Below, one piece after another: positions 60,113-64,000 of a DNA stretch of 64,000 bases (within the stretch, counting starts at the first letter, position 1; each line of letters starts with the position of its first letter). The notes beneath the pieces are model-generated. The model did not search any database. It worked only from the letters and a program-made list of their open reading frames with translations, and was not told the DNA's origin. The stretch is from NCBI GenBank assembly GCA_052034395.1, contig JBPOIP010000030.1:25753-89752 (forward strand), read 5' to 3'. Origin of the DNA: Pseudomonadota bacterium. GTDB lineage: Bacteria > Pseudomonadota > Gammaproteobacteria > Burkholderiales > Burkholderiaceae_C. Both the position numbers and the translations under genes were made by a program.

Positions 60113-61553
60113 ACGCATCATTGATCCAAATGTCTACACGACAGTGGTCGAGCGCGACCTCTTTTCAGTCGAATCCACGCGTGAACTGGAGGCGTGGGCT
60201 AACAGCACACTACCCACACACACTCTGATGAGGCGAGCCGGGCTTGCCGTCGCCCGCCTCGCTCTGGCATTGGCGCCGCACGCCCGTTTATTCTGGATTG
60301 CATGCGGACCAGGAAACAATGGTGGCGATGGTTATGAAGCGGCTATGCATCTCAAACTTTGGGGAAAGTCCCCGATTGTCACCATCTGCCACTCTACAGA
60401 CGATCAACCAGCTGACGCAAGAGAGAGCTTCCATAGAGCGGTTCAAGCAGGTGTGACGCTGGCTCGACAAATACCAACTGAGTACGACTTCTGCATTGAC
60501 GCCTTATTTGGAATTGGCACTTTACGCGCGCTTGGTGAGACATATACGGGGTGGATTCATCAAATGAATTCCAGGGTTGCACCTGTTTTGTCCGTCGACG
60601 TGCCATCCGGTCTGAATGCGCAAACCGGAGCCGCGCAACAGCCGTGCGTTCACGCAAACACCACGATCAGTTTCCTCACACTGAAACCTGGGCTATTTAC
60701 CGGGGACGGCCGAGAAGCATGTGGAGATATCTGGTTTGACGACTTGGGCATGCTCCCACCAACAGGGTGTGTCGCAAAGCTTAGTGCTTACCCCGCATTT
60801 GCTGCTCGAGCCCACAACACCAACAAAGGCAGTTTTGGCGATGTGGGAGTGATCGGTGGTGCGTCAGGCATGTCAGGTGCCGCCATTCTGGCCGCCCGAG
60901 CATCCCTGCATGGTGGCGCGGGTCGTGTCTATTTGGCTTTGCTGGATAGGTCCACGACGGGAATTGACACTATCGAACCCGCGTTGATGTTTCGCAAATG
61001 GGCTGAACTGGCTCTTGAGTCCATGACCATAGTGGCAGGATGCGGCGGAGGTCCGGAAATTGCCGAATTGTTGCCAGCCATTCTTGAACGATCAGAACGT
61101 CTGGTGCTCGACGCGGATGCACTCAATGCTGTCGCTCGCGACACCTCTTTACAGGGACAACTATCCGCCAGAGATCCACAGACCACGGTACTTACACCGC
61201 ATCCTCTGGAGGCTGCGCGCTTGATGGGCTCTAGTTGCACCGACGTCCAGTTAAATCGCCTCGCTGCAGCCCGGGTATTGGCAAACCGCTACCAAAGCAT
61301 TGTGGTCTTAAAGGGATCTGGTACGGTGATTGCCGCGCCTGGGGTACTACCGCAGATCAACCCAACCGGCAATGCACGACTGGCCACAGCAGGAACCGGA
61401 GACACCTTGGCTGGATTGATTGGCTCCCGTATTGCTGCAGGCAGAAACCTCTTTCAATGCACGTGCGAGTCTGTTTTTAGACATGGGCTGGCAGCCGACC
61501 GTTGGCCTAACGCATTCGCGATGACTGCCAGTGACCTTATAGGTCAAATTTGA
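60063..61553 (+). CDS. nnr: Bifunctional NAD(P)HX epimerase/dehydratase; start codon uncertain
   Basis: GPGNNGGDG, DALFGIG, VDVPSG, KGSFG, DADALN, TPHPLEAARL, ATAGTGD. Confidence 0.92.
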   Translation: MKSIFVSHEKEKSTTSERIIDPNVYTTVVERDLFSVESTRELEAWANSTLPTHTLMRRAGLAVARLALALAPHARLFWIACGPGNNGGDGYEAAMHLKLWGKSPIVTICHSTDDQPADARESFHRAVQAGVTLARQIPTEYDFCIDALFGIGTLRALGETYTGWIHQMNSRVAPVLSVDVPSGLNAQTGAAQQPCVHANTTISFLTLKPGLFTGDGREACGDIWFDDLGMLPPTGCVAKLSAYPAFAARAHNTNKGSFGDVGVIGGASGMSGAAILAARASLHGGAGRVYLALLDRSTTGIDTIEPALMFRKWAELALESMTIVAGCGGGPEIAELLPAILERSERLVLDADALNAVARDTSLQGQLSARDPQTTVLTPHPLEAARLMGSSCTDVQLNRLAAARVLANRYQSIVVLKGSGTVIAAPGVLPQINPTGNARLATAGTGDTLAGLIGSRIAAGRNLFQCTCESVFRHGLAADRWPNAFAMTASDLIGQI

Positions 61554-61603
61554 CGCCACACTTAGGCAGAAATAGCCGGAAAAACTATTTGCTACGAATT
61601 GAC

Positions 61604-63868
61604 TTACCGGCGTTTCTTTTGCGACTTGTTTTGAGGTGCTCCACTCCTATCCTTAACTTTGGTATTGCGGGCAGAATCTTTCGGCGTACGCTTACGCGTT
61701 GCGGGCACGAATGACACTGTTCGTGCGGCAGGTTGCAATTCAAAGCGATCTCCCGGGCTGACACGTGATCTCGTGTCGCGGCCAGTGCCCTTGTCCATCA
61801 TCGTGCGTGAGCCGATATCGGCATCATCGTGAACGAGACGAAAGTCGATTTTGCGACCATCCAGATCGACGCGACTTACTTGAACCCGAACTCGGGTACC
61901 GATAGCGTATCGGATCCCAGTTCGTTCGCCACGTAGCTCCTGCCGTGCCTCATCAAATCGAAAGTATTCACCACCAAGTTCAGTGATGTGAACCAATCCT
62001 TCAACATACATGGCATCCAGGGTAACAAACATGCCAAAACTGGTTGCTGCGGTAACAACTCCGCCGTACTCCTCCCCCAAATGTTCCTTCATGTATTTGC
62101 ACTTCAACCAGGCCTCAACGTCACGACTCGCTTCGTCTGCGCGGCGTTCATTGGCACTGCAATGCAGCCCGGCAGCCTGCCATGCCGCAGCCTCTGCTGT
62201 CACCTTCTTGGGCGCCTGTTTGGTCTGATCAGATCGGGCGGCAACGCCCTTCTCCAATCGACGCGCCAGCTTGGCGTGGGCCTCCCCGGGGGTAGGCAAT
62301 GTTGGCAACTGATACCGTGCTTTTGCAAGAATCGCCTTGATGACACGATGTACCAGCAAATCCGGGTACCGGCGAATAGGACTGGTGAAATGGGTATACG
62401 CGCCAAAAGCAAGCCCAAAATGCCCACTATTGGTCGGCGTGTAAATTGCCTGCTGCATCGATCGCAACAACATGGAATGGATCTGTTGCGCGTCAGGCCT
62501 GTTCTTCGTTGCCTCTGCAATGGCCTGGAACTCACCAGGCGCAGGATCGTCACTAATGGACAATCCAACACCGGCTGCTTTCAGGTAGTTTTGCAGAATC
62601 TCCTTCTTTTCGGGGGTTGGACCTTCGTGAACTCGAAAAAGGCCTGGATGCTTGCTTTGAGAAATAAACTCTGCGCTACAAACGTTGGCCGCTAGCATGG
62701 CCTCCTCAATCACTCGATGCGCCACATTACGTGTGCGTGGAACAATCTTTTCTATACGCCCATTCTCATCACAAACTATCTGTGTCTCGGTCGTATCAAA
62801 ATCAACGGCCCCTCGCTTATGACGCAAATTTACCAATGACTGATACACGCCATGCAGGTTGAGCAGATCGCTCACGCGCTGTTTGCGCTTGATCGCCTCC
62901 GGACCTCGGGTGTTGCCCAAGATTGCGGCGACCTCGGTGTAAGTGAAACGCGCATGACTCCACATGACGGCCGGATAGAACTGATAGGCCTCGATATCGC
63001 CGTCACCAGTCACATGCATGTCACACACCATGCAAAGCCGTTCGACTTCGGGATTGAGAGAACACAACCCGTTTGAGAGTTTTTCCGGCAACATCGGGAT
63101 TACACGTCTTGGAAAATACACGCTAGTTGCACGGTCGTATGCATCAACGTCGATCGCCGACCCAGTTTCGACATAGTGACTGACATCGGCGATAGCGACC
63201 AGAAGTCGCCAACCCTTGACCACAGATTTGCCTCGCCCCTTTGATATCGGCTCGCAATACACAGCGTCATCAAAATCGCGCGCATCCTCACCATCAATGG
63301 TTACGAAAGGCACGTCCGTCAAGTCGATCCTGTTTGAAAAATCCTGGGGCCGAACCTTATCCGGAAGCGCTCTAGCAAGAGCAATACAAGCCTGGGAAAA
63401 CTCATGTGGCACACTGTACTTGCGCACGGCAATTTCAATCTCCATGCCCGGGTCATCCACATCACCCAGCACCTCCTTGATGCGCCCAACAGGTTGCCCA
63501 AATAATGCGGGAGGCTCTACGAGTTCAACAACCACGACCTGCCCAACTTTGGCAACACTTGTCGCGCCCTTGGGAATCAGAACATCCTGCCCATAGCGCT
63601 TATCTTCCGGTGCCACCAGCCAAACTCCACTTTCCTGCAGCAACCTGCCAATAATCGGTTGAATCGACCGCTCCAGAATCTCCACTACACGCCCCTCTGG
63701 TCGCCCCTTCCGATCACTTCGGACAATTCGCACCTTCACACGGTCTTTGTGAAGTACCGCACGCATTTCATTCGGGGGCAAATAGATGTCAGATCCCCCG
63801 TCGTCACGGGATACGAAACCATGCCCATCACGATGCCCCTGAACCCAGCCTTCGATTTCGTCCAACAT
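61604..63868 (-). CDS. rnr: Ribonuclease R
   Basis: GHRDGHGF CSD, TIDGEDARDFDDA, SVYFP, HFTSPIRRYPDL, S1 domain, basic tail. Confidence 0.97.
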   Translation of the reverse strand: MLDEIEGWVQGHRDGHGFVSRDDGGSDIYLPPNEMRAVLHKDRVKVRIVRSDRKGRPEGRVVEILERSIQPIIGRLLQESGVWLVAPEDKRYGQDVLIPKGATSVAKVGQVVVVELVEPPALFGQPVGRIKEVLGDVDDPGMEIEIAVRKYSVPHEFSQACIALARALPDKVRPQDFSNRIDLTDVPFVTIDGEDARDFDDAVYCEPISKGRGKSVVKGWRLLVAIADVSHYVETGSAIDVDAYDRATSVYFPRRVIPMLPEKLSNGLCSLNPEVERLCMVCDMHVTGDGDIEAYQFYPAVMWSHARFTYTEVAAILGNTRGPEAIKRKQRVSDLLNLHGVYQSLVNLRHKRGAVDFDTTETQIVCDENGRIEKIVPRTRNVAHRVIEEAMLAANVCSAEFISQSKHPGLFRVHEGPTPEKKEILQNYLKAAGVGLSISDDPAPGEFQAIAEATKNRPDAQQIHSMLLRSMQQAIYTPTNSGHFGLAFGAYTHFTSPIRRYPDLLVHRVIKAILAKARYQLPTLPTPGEAHAKLARRLEKGVAARSDQTKQAPKKVTAEAAAWQAAGLHCSANERRADEASRDVEAWLKCKYMKEHLGEEYGGVVTAATSFGMFVTLDAMYVEGLVHITELGGEYFRFDEARQELRGERTGIRYAIGTRVRVQVSRVDLDGRKIDFRLVHDDADIGSRTMMDKGTGRDTRSRVSPGDRFELQPAARTVSFVPATRKRTPKDSARNTKVKDRSGAPQNKSQKKRR

Positions 63869-63891
63869 GCTGCTGTTTTGGCTAATATTTT

Positions 63892-63900
63892 TGATACAAT
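63892..63900 (+). promoter_or_regulatory. Extended -10 for tRNA-Leu
   Basis: TGA-TACAAT 17 nt upstream of the tRNA 5' end. Confidence 0.5.
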
Positions 63901-63917
63901 ACTCTCTTTCCTGAAAT

Positions 63918-64000
<83 letters not shown>

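Noticed and set aside
46500-62000. Apparently lower GC than the carB region, suggesting horizontal transfer
   Set aside because: Judged by eye only; the genes are the conserved rpsB-to-lpxB core cluster in canonical order, with no mobility genes or att repeats.

Overview
Core-genome window of a betaproteobacterium; gene order and protein sequences point to Comamonadaceae, possibly Rhodoferax-like (inference). Left end: partial AddB-like PD-(D/E)XK nuclease, trxA-rho, rpmE2 and an ArnT-like membrane glycosyltransferase. About 6-30 kb is a phosphate/polyphosphate cluster: pstSCAB-phoU-phoB-phoR, ppx, a predicted lipid-remodelling run olsB-like/plcP-like/agt-like that continues into ppk1-sixA, and a CYTH-CHAD protein. 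Interspersed are poorly characterised genes: a fasciclin lipoprotein, an orphan Tat-exported binding protein, an MgtE_N-CorA fusion, a Zn-finger microprotein, an atypical pyruvate kinase, a histone-H1-like/RHH protein and several small ORFs. Six Pho-box-like 11-bp-period repeats were read by eye (12787, 12888, 20924, 24178, 27253, 29619); the clearest sit exactly 10 nt upstream of a -10-like hexamer. The right half is housekeeping: glmM, folP, ftsH, rlmE, yhbY, greA, carB-leuE-carA, trmH, rnhB, lpxB, lpxA, fabZ, lpxD, skp, bamA, rseP, dxr, cdsA, uppS, frr, pyrH, tsf, rpsB, an MBL hydrolase, nnr, rnr and tRNA-Leu(CAG). No CRISPR array, transposase, integrase or prophage gene was seen. The best candidate for an undescribed system is this predicted PhoB-controlled module linking phospholipid replacement and polyP metabolism to unannotated small proteins. 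All annotation is by motif recognition; no database searches were run.
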